A DNA stretch of 64,000 bases. Source: Sminthopsis crassicaudata. Lineage: Eukaryota. Numbering within the stretch: the first letter of the stretch is position 1; each line of letters opens with the position of its first letter. The notes beneath the pieces are model-generated. The model searched no databases. It had not been told where the DNA came from and worked only from the letters and a program-made list of their open reading frames with translations. The translations under genes were made by a program, and so were the position numbers. Below, piece by piece: positions 1 to 12,206 of this stretch. The stretch lies in the NCBI RefSeq assembly GCF_048593235.1, contig NC_133619.1, forward strand, positions 649,552,558-649,616,557, read 5' to 3'.

Positions 1-460
1 CTCTTTTTCTCTTCTCATCTATCTATCTCTGTGCCTGTCTCTTTCTCTTCTCATCTATCTCTGTCTCTGTGTCTCTTTCTGCCTCTGTTTCTGTCTTTCT
101 CTCTCCTCATCTCTCTGTCTCTTTCTCATCACTGTCTCTGTGTCTCTTTCTGCCTCTGTTTCTCTCTTTCTCTCCCCCATCCCTCCATCTCTTTCTCTGT
201 CTCTCCTCCAAACACTTTACCTCTCTGTCATCTCTTCTTTCCTCTCTGTCTCTCTCCTCATCCCTCCATCTCTTTCTGTGTTTCTCTCCCAACTCTTTAT
301 CTCTCTGTCATCTCTTCTTTCCTCTGTCTCTCTGTGTCTATCTCTCTCTTCAAACTTCTTTGTTCCTGTGTCTCTCTTTTTCCTCATCTCTCTGTCTCTC
401 TCCGTCTGTCCCTCCCTCTCTCTTCTCCCTCCTCCTCCCTCCCTCTTTCCACACCCTCTC
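1..460. repeat. CT-rich low-complexity tract (BRSK1 intron)
   Basis: Almost pure (CT/TCTG)n pyrimidine tract ending at the BRSK1 acceptor TAG at 461-463. Confidence 0.9.
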
Positions 461-463
461 TAG

Positions 464-3400
464 TCCCCACCGCAGAGGAGATGTCCAGTTTGACACCAGA
501 GTCATCCCCAGAGTGAGTCACGCTGTGATGTGGGAAGGGGGCGGGGCCATCCTATGCAGACACCAAGACTCTGGCCTGGACTTGACCTTAGAAAAGCTAG
601 TGTCCTCTTGGGGTGGGGGGTGGGCCGGTGTAGCTTATCCTTCTTCGAGAAACAGGGGGGAATATCCCAGATTGCTCGGAGCAAGGCTCCTTTCTTCTCT
701 GGGCCTCAGTTTCCCCTCTGGAAATGAGAGATTGCCCTCAGTTATTTCTGAAGTTCTCTCTGGAGAAATGAGCTAGGACTTTTCCCCTTTGACCCACCGG
801 GTCATAATCCCATAATCCTATGGGATCCTGTGGTCCTAAACAGGCCCCTGCTCCTCTCTGGACCTCCTTTCCCCCCATCTGCAGAAGGGACAGGCTGAAC
901 TCAAGGATCTCTAAGCCTTCTCCCCTCCCCCCCAGGCTGGCGAAGCGTTCCTGGTTTGGAAACTTCATCTCCCTGGACAAGGATGAGCAGATATTCCTGG
1001 TGCTGAAGAACAAGGCGCTGAGCAGCATCAAGGCCGACATCGTCCACGCCTTCTTGTCCGTACGTGGTCCCGGCCTCTCGAGCCTCTTTCTACCTAGCCC
1101 TCTCATTGTGGTTGGGGGTGGGGGCCCAGTCTCAGAAGCTGAAGGCTGGAAGCTGCCACAGAGGCTAGCTAGACCCATTGGTCCATTTTACAGATGAGAA
1201 TACTGAAGAAAGGGAGTGAGATGATAAATGTCAGAGAGGAGGTTTGAACCCTGGTTCTCTACCTGGAGGAGACGGTCCCCTAGTTAGACTGTAAGAAATC
1301 TAAGGCTAATGAGTATAACCCTCCTTCTCTGCCCCTCCCCCCCAGCAGCCGCCCTAGGACCCCACAAATTGGCTTGAGCTTCTTCCCCACCTCCCACTCA
1401 CCTATGGAAATTTGTTAGGGAGAGACCCTTACCCTCTAGGAAATCTCCCTCATCCCTTATTCCAGGATGGGGATGGATAGGGGAAGATTGGCAGTGGGAA
1501 CTACAACTCCCATCCTGCTTTGGGGCCACCTGCCTTCTTTGTCTGGCCTGATGGGAGTTGTAGGCTTTGTCAGAAATTCCCTCCTCCGAGGTTTGTGGAT
1601 GAGGATAATACCCTTGTGCGGCCACTAGGTGGCGCCACACTGCACACAGCAGCCATTCTGGAGTCAGTCCTGAGTTCAAATCCAGCCTTGGACACTTCCC
1701 AGCTATGTGACTGGGCAAGTCACTTCCACCCTGCCTGCCTCAGTTTCCTCATCTGTATAATGAGCTGAAGGAAGAAACGACTCCATCCCCAAATGGGGCC
1801 ATGGAGAGTCCCCCATAAGGTCCTCGTGGAGGCTGAGGCCATTGGGTCGTCCTGGCGCTGGGGCCGTGGGGAGCCTGGTGCCCCTGGGGCCCAGAACGCT
1901 GCAGGCTCATTGGTCAGCCCGGCGGCTCCGCTTCCGCCTGGGAGGGCTGTGGATTGCAGGGCCAGAGGTGGGCAGAGGGCTGGGGAAGGTGAGCGACAGG
2001 GAGGAGCGGCCCGTGGCCTCCAAGACCTCGCTGACCACTCCTCGGGCTTTCCCTGGGGCAGTCAAGCTCTGAGTTCTTGCGGTGAGCGGCCAGGGCCCGA
2101 GGGGAGCAGCTGCCTAGCCCATGGACTGACGGGACCTCTGTCCAGCCTGGGGGCTGTAGCCGTGAACCACGGGCTCATCCTCCCTCCCTCCCAAATCAGA
2201 TCCCCAGCCTGAGTCACAGTGTGCTGTCCCAGACCAGCTTCCGGGCCGAATATAAGACCAGCGCCGGCCCCTCCGTCTTCCAGAAACCCGTTCGCTTCCA
2301 GGTTGACATCAGCTCATCCGAGGGCCCCGACCCCCCTCCCAGGCGGCGGGAGCGGGACGGCAGCGGGGTCTACTCAGTCACCTTCACGCTCATTGCTGGT
2401 GAGTCCCTCTGGGTCAGCGGACCCTCGTGGGCCCAGGGTGGCCCTTCCGTGGGTGACGAAGTTCCCCCGCTCAGGCTGCACAGACTTGTGGGAGGAGGCC
2501 ACGGCCCACTTTCTGCCCTTGCCCAGCTCTCACTCATGGCGCCCGCCGCCTTCCCTCCTGTGCCCCTCAGGTCCCAGTCGTCGGTTCAAACGTGTGGTGG
2601 AGACGATCCAGGCCCAGCTCCTGAGCACCCACGACCAGCCCTCGGTGCAAGCACTGGCAGGTGAGGGAGCCCCGGCCGAGCCTTAAGGGAGGCGGGGAAG
2701 AATACGTGCCAGGATGGTCTTGGCCAACAGGGTTGGTCCTCGGCGTGGGGGGCCTTGGATCGTGCCTGGGCTCGGGGAGAGGGAGTGGGCCACTCCTCCA
2801 CCATGTTCTAGCCATGGCAGGCAGCTTAGAGTCCCAGAGGGCACCCAGAGCCCACCCTTTCCTGCCACATGGCACCTAGGCCGGCCATGTAAGAGAGCAG
2901 GGGCAGGTGGTGGAGCCAGCTTTCTCAGACACCTTAGAACCCATTACCTCTAAGGGGCTAGGTTCAAAGGGCACAGGGTCCTGAGGAAGGCTCCCTACAG
3001 GCAGTTGCTAGGCAACAGCCCCTCCTTAGCAACCATGATCCTATCAGGTGTCCCCAGGGGTGCATTATGCAGTCTCAGTAACCAAGGTTTTACCAGGGCA
3101 GCACCTCTGAGGAGGACCAGAACTCCCTAGAAACCGTTGCTAGGCAATGACAGCACCTTAGTAACCACAATCCTAAGTGGGTAATGTCTGTGTGTGTGTG
3201 TGTGTTGGGGGCAGGGAAACCTGGGCTCCCTGGATCCTGTTGCTAGGCATTGACAGCACCTTAGCCAATATTCTAAGCCTGGGGCATCCCCTGAGCCAGG
3301 TCCAGCCCAGCATCCCCCGCATGGGGAGATCCCATTGGTCAGCAGCCTTGGCCCCTGGGGCCATAGGGAGCGGTGCTCCGGGGAGATGGGGCCTGCTGCC

Positions 3401-3710
3401 CCAGTGAGCCTGGTAAGAAGGGGCTTCTCAGACCCTCCTGGGGTCGCCCCCTCCCCTTGCAGCACCAGGCTTTGGGGCACAGATAGGCCTGGAGGGGGGC
3501 CATCTCACGCCTGCCTTCTCTCTTCCCATCGACGTGACGGCAGATGAGAAGAACGGGACCCAGCCGAGGTCCCCGGCCAGCACCCCTTCTCGAGGGCTGC
3601 AGCCCCCGGCAGGCCGGCCCGAGCCCCCTGACCTGGGCGGTTCTCCTCGGCGGGGGCCACCCCCCAAGGACAGGAAGCTGCTGGCGGCCAGTGGGAGTCC
3701 CCAGCCCTGA
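464..3710 (+). CDS. BRSK1: BR serine/threonine kinase 1 (SAD-B), 3' part: last five coding exons; gene begins upstream of the window
   Basis: Exons 464-512, 936-1059, 2200-2398, 2571-2660, 3544-3710 (TGA 3708-3710), all AG/GT bounded and phase-consistent. Translation [77 protein letters not shown]...[35 protein letters not shown]...[14 protein letters not shown] matches the recalled BRSK1 C-terminus. Confidence 0.97.
1500..1512 (+). promoter_or_regulatory. ZNF143/THAP11-type motif ACTACAACTCCCA
   Basis: Matches the ACTACAnnTCCCA motif; lies ~110 bp from a CTCF motif. Motif match only. Confidence 0.4.
1619..1637 (+). promoter_or_regulatory. CTCF core motif (CGGCCACTAGGTGGCGCCA)
   Basis: Near-consensus CCACYAGRKGGCRC core, located at the head of a SINE. 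Confidence 0.6.
1621..1765 (+). mobile_element. MIR/MAR1-type SINE fragment
   Basis: ctaggtggcg head, B-box-like gagttcaaatcc, gactgggcaagtcactt, core tgcctcagtttcctcatctgtataatg. Confidence 0.75.
3004..3270. promoter_or_regulatory. Cluster of RFX X-box palindromes in the last BRSK1 intron
   Basis: GTTGCTAGGCAAC at 3004, GTTGCTAGGCAAT at 3136, GTTGCTAGGCATT at 3239, each followed by a TTAG(C/T)AACCA-like half site. Confidence 0.6.
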
Positions 3711-4504
3711 TCTCCACCTCCCTCCCTTTCCCTCCTACATTCTGATCCCCGGCCCCCATTCCCTCCCCCTCGGGGGTCACTCTGGCCACAGATCCCCCAT
3801 CCCCCCTTCCCATCAACCCCCACAACTGTGAAGCTGTAAATACGGCCAGGGCATGGGGTGGGGGCCCAGGGGTTCAGTGACCTTTGCAGGGAAGGGGTGA
3901 CTGGGCTGGGCGGGGGTGGGGTGGGGAGCCATTTCTATTTTATTTATGATTAATTTATTTATTTATCTATGGGGAGGGGGAGGGCAGGGGATGTGGGTGG
4001 ATTAGCCAAGGGGGCGGGGGCGGGGGGGCCCTCGTCTCCGTTTCCCAAGCCCCCCTCTTCCTTGTCTCTCCTCTGTCTCCCCCCTTGCGCTCTGTACGGA
4101 TTTGCTCTTGCGAAATGAAAAGTTGAATTTTCGCGCCTTCCGTCTCATGTCTCCCGATGCCTTCTCGCGCCCCGACTGCCGTTGCCCCCCAGGGTCTGAC
4201 ACGTCAGGGCAAGGGGCCTTCCCCTGGGGTCCCCCAAGGTCCGTGCCGAGAGCCAGAGAGTGTATGGTGGGAGGGCAGAACGAGGTCCAGTCTCTGGTGG
4301 CCACGACAGACAGGTGTGGCTCAGGGGTCAGGAGCCCTCGGCCAGGAGACGAGAGCGATGTTCTGCTTTCCTCGTGGTCTCGGGCCCAGGCTCGGGTCAG
4401 AGGCCAATGAGCTGAGGCCCAGGGCAGGGACGGAGTCAAAGGGGGAGCTTGCATCGGCCGCCTCGGGGACTGGAAGATGAGGGGACCGCGGCAGAGCAAG
4501 GGGG

Positions 4505-6984
4505 CTAGAGAGAAGGCAGGTGAGCAGCCCCCGAGGGGCAGGAGCGGGGCCTGCTCTGCAGGCTGATGGTGAAGCCAGTCGTGTCGGAAAAGTCCACGGC
4601 CAGGAGGCCGAAGAGGAGGAAAAGCAGCATGGCCGTGGACCACTCGCACACGGCCGCCTCGGAGTGCCTGGGCCAGAAGTGCAGCACGATCACTGGGTGC
4701 CCGCGTCAAGGATCACAGCTGGGCACGGGCGTGGCTTTCCTGCTGTTCCCCTCCCCCAGCTCCCCCCCAGGGTGTCCAGCTGCTGCCCCCCAGACGCCCT
4801 GAGTAACCTCCAGCTGCCTCCCACACTCACCAACTAACCCCCAGCTGCCCCCCACATTCACCGAGTAACCCCAGCTGCCCCAGATCTCCCCGGCCCATAA
4901 AGATTCCCAAGATGGAGCCAGAGATGGTGGGAAGGAAGAAGATCCAACTTGGGGGATACAGGGCTGGCTCTCTGGCAGCAGGGGCCCAAGCCTGATCCCT
5001 GTCCAGCGGGTGTCCGAGAACCTTCTGCTCAGGCACCCCGGCCGCTGGGATCCTCCCCAGAGGGCAGCGGGGCTGACCAAGGCTGCCGTGTGGCGCCAGT
5101 GGCCCCCTCCCCGTGACCGTCCACCCCGGGCGTCTCCAAGGGGCTTGGGCCCTCCCCACCCCCGCTCCGTGCTAGGATACTGGCCACCACCAGGGCCGTG
5201 CAGAGCCCGCAGAGCAGCAGGCGCAGGGTCTCGATCCAGGGGGCCCCCGGCTGGGCCCGAGGCTTGGCCAGGCGCAGCAGCACCACCTGGGTCCAGAAGT
5301 AGGTCACCCCCACTACAAAGGCCAGGAAGGACCCAAACAGATGCGTGGAGAACTCATTTGTTTGCTGCGGGGAGAAGGGAGAGAGCCCATAGGTCAGAGG
5401 GCAGGGGTCACCTGGGGCAGTGAGGGGAAAACCCGGGATCAGCCTGGGAGCAGTCCGGGCTCTGGCCCTTCCCAGGGAGCTAGGGACTTGGTCCTGGCCT
5501 GCTCTGGGGAGGGCAGCAGTGAAGGGTACGGCCAGCAGGACACCCTGGGCGGGTGTTACCATGAGGGTAGGGGGTGGAAAGGGGGGAGGCCCAGAAACCT
5601 TTGCTGATGATTCATAGTTGAACCCAAGCAGTGACTGAGTGGACCAAGGGTTGGCTATAAGGGTGGGGCTCAATGTTGTCTGATAGACGATGGTCTTGGA
5701 CTAATGACCACTGGGATGCTCCCTGGCCAGCTCCGGGTGGGTGGGGGTGGCTTTAGACGCCCCCCCCCCAGTCATACTTACTCTGAGAACTTAAATGTGT
5801 TTGTTGCCTTCTCTGGCCTCAGTTTCCCCTTCTGGTCAAAGAGACCTGCAAATTTCTTTTAACCTCCCTCCCAGCTCAGAAAGCTCCCCCCAACCCCTCG
5901 GGGCCCTGACTCCTGAGCTGTTCGGAAAGACCCGGGCCAGGACCCCAGAACTCTAGCCCCAGGGACATGACGGGAATCGTTGGGCCGGAAAGAGCCCCGC
6001 CAACAGAGGACCGATCCCTGCTTTGCTGCGTCTCCGCTTCGGAGGCTGCGCTGAGCGCATCATCTGCAAACAAAAAGGGGTGCACCAGCGTGCCGCCGCC
6101 ACCTTAGCCTTGGTCTTGGCTTGAGCCTTTTCCAGTGGGGGGATTCCCATCAGCGTGATGGCTCCGAAGACCGCTAACAGCCCGGGGGCCGTCGGACTTC
6201 CGGCCTGAGGTCCCCGGCGCTCCAGTCTCACCTGGAAGTTGCCCACGATGGAGGCCCCCAAGGCACAGAGGAAGCCCAAACCCAGACACAGCCGATTGGG
6301 AAACTTAGGGATGCCCCATTCCCGGAACTGGACGTAGCGCAGGACGCAGATCCAGGCCACTTAGGGGGAGGAGAAAGGGGGGGTTCAGGTCGCTGGCGCT
6401 CTGGGCCCCACAGGGACGGGGCTCAGAAGGCCGGGGCCCTGAGGGGCTGTCAAGTCGGGGAGTTGAGGGGGGGGCGAATATAGGGTTAGAGTCGGGAGGC
6501 ATTTAGGGGTGAGGCGAGCCGGCCTACTCACCCATGGCAGCCCCGACGTTCAGAAACTGGCTGAAGATACAGCTCTGAGGAGGGAAAGACCCACAGAGGC
6601 TGGGGAAGGAGAGAGGAGGGGTCACCCGCCGGCCGCACCCCGGCTGCCCCAGTGCCGCTTTCCTGCCCCGTACCTGATGTAAGGAAAGCCTTCCGTGAGA
6701 TTCACCATCTTGTTGGACACGGCCAGCGCAAAGCTGCGGGGGAGAGCAGGGCCTCGTGTTCTGGGGCCGAGCCCCTCGCTCCCTGCCCCATCCATCCCCG
6801 TCCCAATGGGGGGGGCCTGGCGTCTCAGGCCCCGTCCCTCCTCAGGGCCTAGAACGGGGCTCCAGGAGCCTGCCCCCTCCTCCCCAAGCCCCCAGCATCC
6901 CCTGGCCGTGACTCACATTGTCCAGACTCCAACCGTAGCCCACAGCGCCAGGCAGAGGGGGAGCAGGGCCAGGGAGCCCCACAT
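4505..6984 (-). CDS. TMEM150B: Transmembrane protein 150B (DRAM3), 231 aa
   Basis: Exons (minus) 6984-6917, 6733-6674, 6599-6532, 6359-6232 (AAG acceptor), 5364-5181, 4692-4505; total 696 nt. MWGSLALLPLCLALWATVGVWTIFALAVSNKMVNLTEGFPYISLCGSFPPQSCIFSQFLNVGAAMVAWICVLRY...LGASIVGNFQQTNEFSTHLFGSFLAF...AAVCEWSTAMLLFLLFGLLAVDFS is typical of the DRAM/Frag1 family; syntenic position. Confidence 0.95.
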
Positions 6985-9704
6985 CACCAGGAGGCCGCCT
7001 GTGGGGAAGGAGCACAGAGGGCACCTGTGGTGGGGGGGGAGGTGAGGGCAGCCTCCCGGGAGGCCGCGGGGGATTGGGGAAAAGGGAGGGGCAGGGAGGA
7101 GGAAGACAGCTTCCCTCCAGGGGTCAGGGGCCTGCTCAGTCCTGGCCCAGATGTGGCCCCCGGTTTGGAGGAGGGTGCTCCGCACAGAGAACGGAACCTG
7201 GGGGCAGGCTCTGCCCAGGAACTGGAGGCCCCCCTCCCCATCACCCCCAGCCACCTCCACTCCAGGATCCGGGGTGGTCCAGGGGCCCGAGCCCGTCTGT
7301 TCCCCGAGTGGCTGCTGATTCTGTTCCAGCGTCTAAGGGGAGACCTCAGCCCTCAGCAACTGGGTGGGGCCCGGCCAGAGGGGCCAAAGCCTGGGAATAC
7401 CCTCGAGAGGCTGGAGGACCCTAAGGGACTCTTGGGGTCCATAGCCTGGAGTTCAGGGAACCCCCCCCCCCCCCCCCCCCCCCCGTTGCTCTATCTAGAG
7501 GGAAAATAGGAGCCAAGAGGCAAATTACAAATCCAAGGCTGCACAGAGCCGGGGGTAAACATGGCTTTCTTCTCCACAGACTGGGGCCCCGACACCCCAA
7601 CTCTTGAAATTGGGAGAAGCAAGGCAGGATGGGAGGGAAGCCTCCTGCTGCGTGGGGAGGGGGCGGGGCTTCAAGCCGAGCGAGGACTGGGGAGCCAGGT
7701 GTTCTGCTTCTGAAGCCCCCCCAGCTCCGAGGCTGTGTTTCTGTGGGAGCCCAGGCACGTGGCTCCCCCCCATCTCCCCAAATTCACCTACCAGCTGCTG
7801 CCCCTCGGGGACCGGCTCCAGTGTCCCATTCCCCGGGCCTCACGGGGATGCGGCTTCCCGGTATTGCTCGGGGCTCCCGGAGCAGGGGCCTCCAGCCCAC
7901 CTCCTCCCCCGCGCTGCCTCCTCGGCTCTGCGGAGAGAACCCGAGCTCCTCTGGCCTCCGTCCTCCCCCAGCTGGACGGCCCGCGCAGGGTGTGGGTGGG
8001 AGGAGGACGCTAGGCCCGACCTCGCCATCCCCAAACCCTTCCCAGCGGGCCGAGAAATCTCACCTCTCAAACTCCCTCCCTCCAACCCTCTGGGGCCGGC
8101 GCGCCCCCGCTCCCTCCCCTCCCCACCTGGGCCGAGGGTCCGGCTCCCGGGGCCCCCAGCGGAACCGGGCGAGCCAGGACTCGCTTTCCTGAAAACCTCG
8201 CAGCCCCCTTGGGCGCTGGCCACTCGGCCATTTACAGGCGCTATGAGGGAAGCGCTGAGGGCTCAGCGTCCATCCTGGGAGGGCTGGGGAGGACAGATGG
8301 GGGAGGGTTCGGGACAGCGAGGCACGGGGTGGGGGGGGGGAAAGGAAGTGGGGGAGAGCAGAGGGGGCATGAACGGAGGAATAGATAGAGCAGTGATGGG
8401 AGGAGGGAGGGGGAGGAGGAGGAGGAGGGAGGAGGGAGAGGGAGGAGAGAGGGAGGAGGGAAAAGGAAAGGAGAAAGGGAAAGGAACCAGGCCAGAGAAG
8501 CAGGTGGATGGTCCTGGTGGGTTAGGGAAGGTCGGGGACTAGAACAGAGAGGAGGACGGGAACAGCAGGAGGGAGGGGGGGAGGGGGATGGAGCAGAAGC
8601 CTGCAGAGGGGGCGGCCTCGGGCTGGATTCTGAGGCCTGGGGCTGGAGGCCAGGGGCTGGGACAGCTGGGGCGGAGGCCAGAACCCCTCGGGGAGGACCC
8701 TGGCTTCAAGTCAGCAGTACTTACTGTGGAGCCTCAGGCCAGCCCTTCACCTCCCCTCCGCTGTAAAATGAGGAGGGGAGAGTAAACCAGATAATCTCTG
8801 GGATCTCCTCTCACTTGAGATCTCTGGGTTTGGAACTTTGTCCACTCAAGTCGCAGCTAAAAAGCCAGGGAGCTGTGCTTCCCGAGAGCGGGGGCGCCGG
8901 TCTAAGGGGCGGTCGGTGGGCTGTGGGTGCGGAAAGAGGCCCCTGGCGGGGGGCGCGGGGAGGGGGCGTGGGGGGGGCAGCAAGGGGGAGCCAAAGAGCC
9001 AAGCTGGAAGGAACTGAAGAGGCGAGGGGGAGGGAAACAGATACAGGCTGAGCTGGAGGGGGAGGGGCGGGGCTTCTGGCTGGGAGGTGGGAAGGAGGCA
9101 GGAGGGGCCTGCTCTGAGGGGAGAGCCCGGAGGGCGCGCACACACCTGCACACACTCACATACACACTCACACACACCTATCCACTTATGCTCATACATA
9201 CACATGCACACAAGCACACACACATAATGTACACTTCTCCACACATACACACACAATACACACATATACTCACACACAGGCACTCACACTCGCCCACTGA
9301 CGTCCCCCCTGGCTTGTGTCTGCAGGAGGCCTCCCCGCGGCTCCATCAGCTTCTGCTTCTTCTCCAGAGCTTATCTTGCATCTCTTCCATTGGTATCTTG
9401 GTTTTGTGTCCACATCAATAAGTGGATTAGTTTAAATAAGCAGCATTAAATCATTAACCACATAAATGTGCAAATGGCACAGTTTCCTCCTTAGAATTTT
9501 TATCAAATCCACAGGCCTGGAAGCTAACTGTGGGCAGAGTAGTTCATTAAGTGCTGAGGACACAAAGGCCAAAACCCAACAAAAAACAAACTTAGGAAAT
9601 CTATCCCAGTTCTCAAGGAACTTTCAGGCTAAAGGTGGAGACCTCCAGCAAAGCAGCAGGAACAAACTGGATAAAGACAAGGGTTGTGGTGTCACAGTTT
9701 CTTT

Positions 9705-10372
9705 CTAATTGTCCTGCCTCAGTTTCCCTTGAATGGTCCTGCCTCATTTCCTAATTGTCCTGCCTCAGTTTCCCTTGAATGGTCCTGCTTCAGTTCCTAA
9801 TTGTCCTGCCTTGGTTTCCCTTGAATGGTCCTGCTTCAGTTCCTAATTGTCCTGCCTTGGTTTCCCTTGAATGGTCCTGCTTCAGTTCCTAATTGTCCTG
9901 CCTCGGTTTCCCTTGAATGGTCCTGCTTCAGTTCCTAATTGTCCTGCCTCGGTTTCCCTTGAATGGTCCTGCTTCAGTTCCTAATTGTCCTGCCTCAGTT
10001 TCCCTTGAATGGTCCTGCCTCAGCTCCTAATTGTCCTGCCTCAGTTTCCCTTGAATGGTCCTGCCTCAGTTCCTAATTGTCCTGCCTCAGTTTCCCTTGA
10101 ATGGTCCTGCCTCAGTTCCTAATTGTCCTGCCTCAGTTTCCCTTGAATGGTCCTTCTTCAGTTCCTAATAGTCCTGCCTTGGTTTCCCTTGAATGGTCCT
10201 AATTCAGTTCCTAATAGTCCTGCCTCGGTTTCCCTTGAATGGTCCTGCTTCAGTTCCTAATTGTCCTGCCTCAGTTTCCCTTGAATGGTCCTGCTTCAGT
10301 TCCTAATTGTCCTGCCTCAGTTTCCCTTAAATTGCCCTGCCTCAGTTTCCCTTAAATTGTTCTGCCTCAATC
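9705..10372. repeat. 46-bp minisatellite, ~14.5 copies
   Basis: Unit ctaattgtcctgcctcagtttcccttgaatggtcctgc(c/t)tcagttc, with starts at 9705, 9751, 9797 and onward. Confidence 0.95.
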
Positions 10373-11386
10373 CCCCTGGTTGCAACATCACCTTCCCCCC
10401 CCCCCATCATTAGAACTGATATAATTTAGGGCTGGCTACACTAAGATTCTAAACTGTAAATGTTTAATCCAGATAAGGAGAAAGACCTTCTTAGACACGA
10501 TGACCCCGGACCTTCCCAACTTATAGAATGTCGGGTGCCTCCCCCCCACCCTGTCAGAAGCGGTTCCTGCTCTCAGCTCCTGACTCTGCTCCCACCTCGG
10601 TCTACCCCAGCAGCTTGGATGCTGTGAGACATCAGCCCTGACGGCAGCATGCCCCCAGCACAACCTCTCCCTCTCAAAATAGTAAAAACTCTAGCTTGCC
10701 TCAGTTTCTCCGGCATTCTCTGGGGAAAGGGCTAGAATAAAGGCTTGGGAGAGAGGGCATCTTGTAGAAGCTGAGGATGGTGGGAGACAGAGCCTTGCAG
10801 GGCACCCAGAGTGGGTGGGCATCGCCCAGCTGAAGATCCAGCCAAGGAAACAGAGCAGAGGCCAGGAGGAGATTTGGAAGAGGGCAGGCTCACGGGAACC
10901 TAGAGGGGATGGAGCATCAGGAGAAGAGAGGGATCCCATGATGGCCAGAGTCGGGGAGAATGAGGACTGGGAAGGGACCAGTGGCTGTGGCCATGCGCTC
11001 CGGACATGAGTGGTCCTGCCCAAGCTGAAAGGGCTGGTGGAGGAAAGGGACCAGGGAAGCTGGGTCAACAGGAGGGAATCAGGCCTCACCGAGTCCTGGG
11101 AGAATTGGGTGGGGATCTAGTTGCCCCAAAGTTATGAAAATTGGAGAAACCGAGGAAACCTACATTAGAAATTCAAATCTAATTAACGGGAGGCTGGGAT
11201 CTAGAACAAAGGATGTTATGGCGGGGGAGGGCTTTTCGATTTGAAAAGGAACCCTGGGGAATTTGCCCCCTTTCCTGGTTCCTGGTGTACTCTTCCCCCA
11301 CAAAAATATAAATTCTTCTAGGGCAGGGACTGATTTTCAGCTTTTATTGGCATTCCCTGGGTTTGTGTTGGTACCTATTAAAAGGA

Positions 11387-12206
11387 TGTAATCCAGGGTG
11401 GAGAATCAGGGGAGGTACTTTTGAGAGGTAATGAGTAGAAATTCAGCATAATTTCTATACTAGCTAATTAATAGGGAATGGGGGAGGGACTTCCTCTTCA
11501 AAGATAGCAAATAAAAGCATGCCTTTGCAGTTTCAAAAATGTGTCCACTAGCCTAGATACCCTCTCTGGCAACAAAGTAAAGTAAATCCTTCTAGGAGTC
11601 ATGTGTGAGTCCTTGGAGTTCTTGCTAAAATGGTTTCCCCCAGGTGGAAGGAAAGGAAGAGAAAGGGAAAAGTCTATTGTGGAAGAGAAACAAAAGTAAA
11701 AATCTTTTGGAAGGAAATGGACTGAGGATAATTCTGCCTTTCCCCCCTGGGGGACACCTCACACCCCCTCAGAGGAAATGCTCCTTGCTATGGAAAGTGG
11801 CTTTTCTGAGTTGTGCCACAGCTCCCTTTTAATGTTAGGATAAAGGTCTTCTTAGACCTTAGGCTATCCTTATTCCTTAATGTTTAATGGGATAAAGGTC
11901 TTTATCCATTTTAGACTCCGTTTAGATTATCAGGAGCCTCTCCAATACCTGCTATGATGTCATCCTGGGTGCCTTCCCCATTGAGTCAGCCCTCCCTCCA
12001 TCCAATTACCCCCCCCCATTATGTCATTGTTCTTGTTACCCTATAAAGAATCTGGTGTATCGGACATTGATGCTGGATTCTTGGAGACCATAGTCTCCTT
12101 CAGCCCTGGGACCAACCATGGATCCATTGGGTCCCAGTAAATCACTCCATGTAATAAATTATTGTTCTCTAATCTCTTTATCTTTCTCAATTTCTCCAGC
12201 ATTACA
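11387..12206 (+). mobile_element. Putative solo LTR
   Basis: Begins TGTAAT, ends ATTACA (perfect inverted ends); TATA-like ctataaag ~12041 and AATAAA ~12153. No TSD seen, so the left boundary is uncertain. Confidence 0.5.

Noticed and set aside
31-516. Leu/Ser-rich ORFs at the window start
   Set aside because: Translation of the CT tract; only 464-512 is exonic (BRSK1).
5953-6231. 93-codon read-through of TMEM150B exon 4 with a hydrophobic stretch
   Set aside because: GC-rich intron with a strong donor (CAG|GTGAGA), no downstream poly(A) signal found and no recognisable homology.
7604-8542. 312-aa ORF upstream of TMEM150B
   Set aside because: Very GC-rich with open frames on both strands and a GA-repeat tail; no domain recognised.
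9705-10372. CRISPR-like regular repeats (also 52127-52972, 56861-57580, 60910-61034)
   Set aside because: Head-to-tail tandem units without unique spacers, no cas genes, mammalian context.
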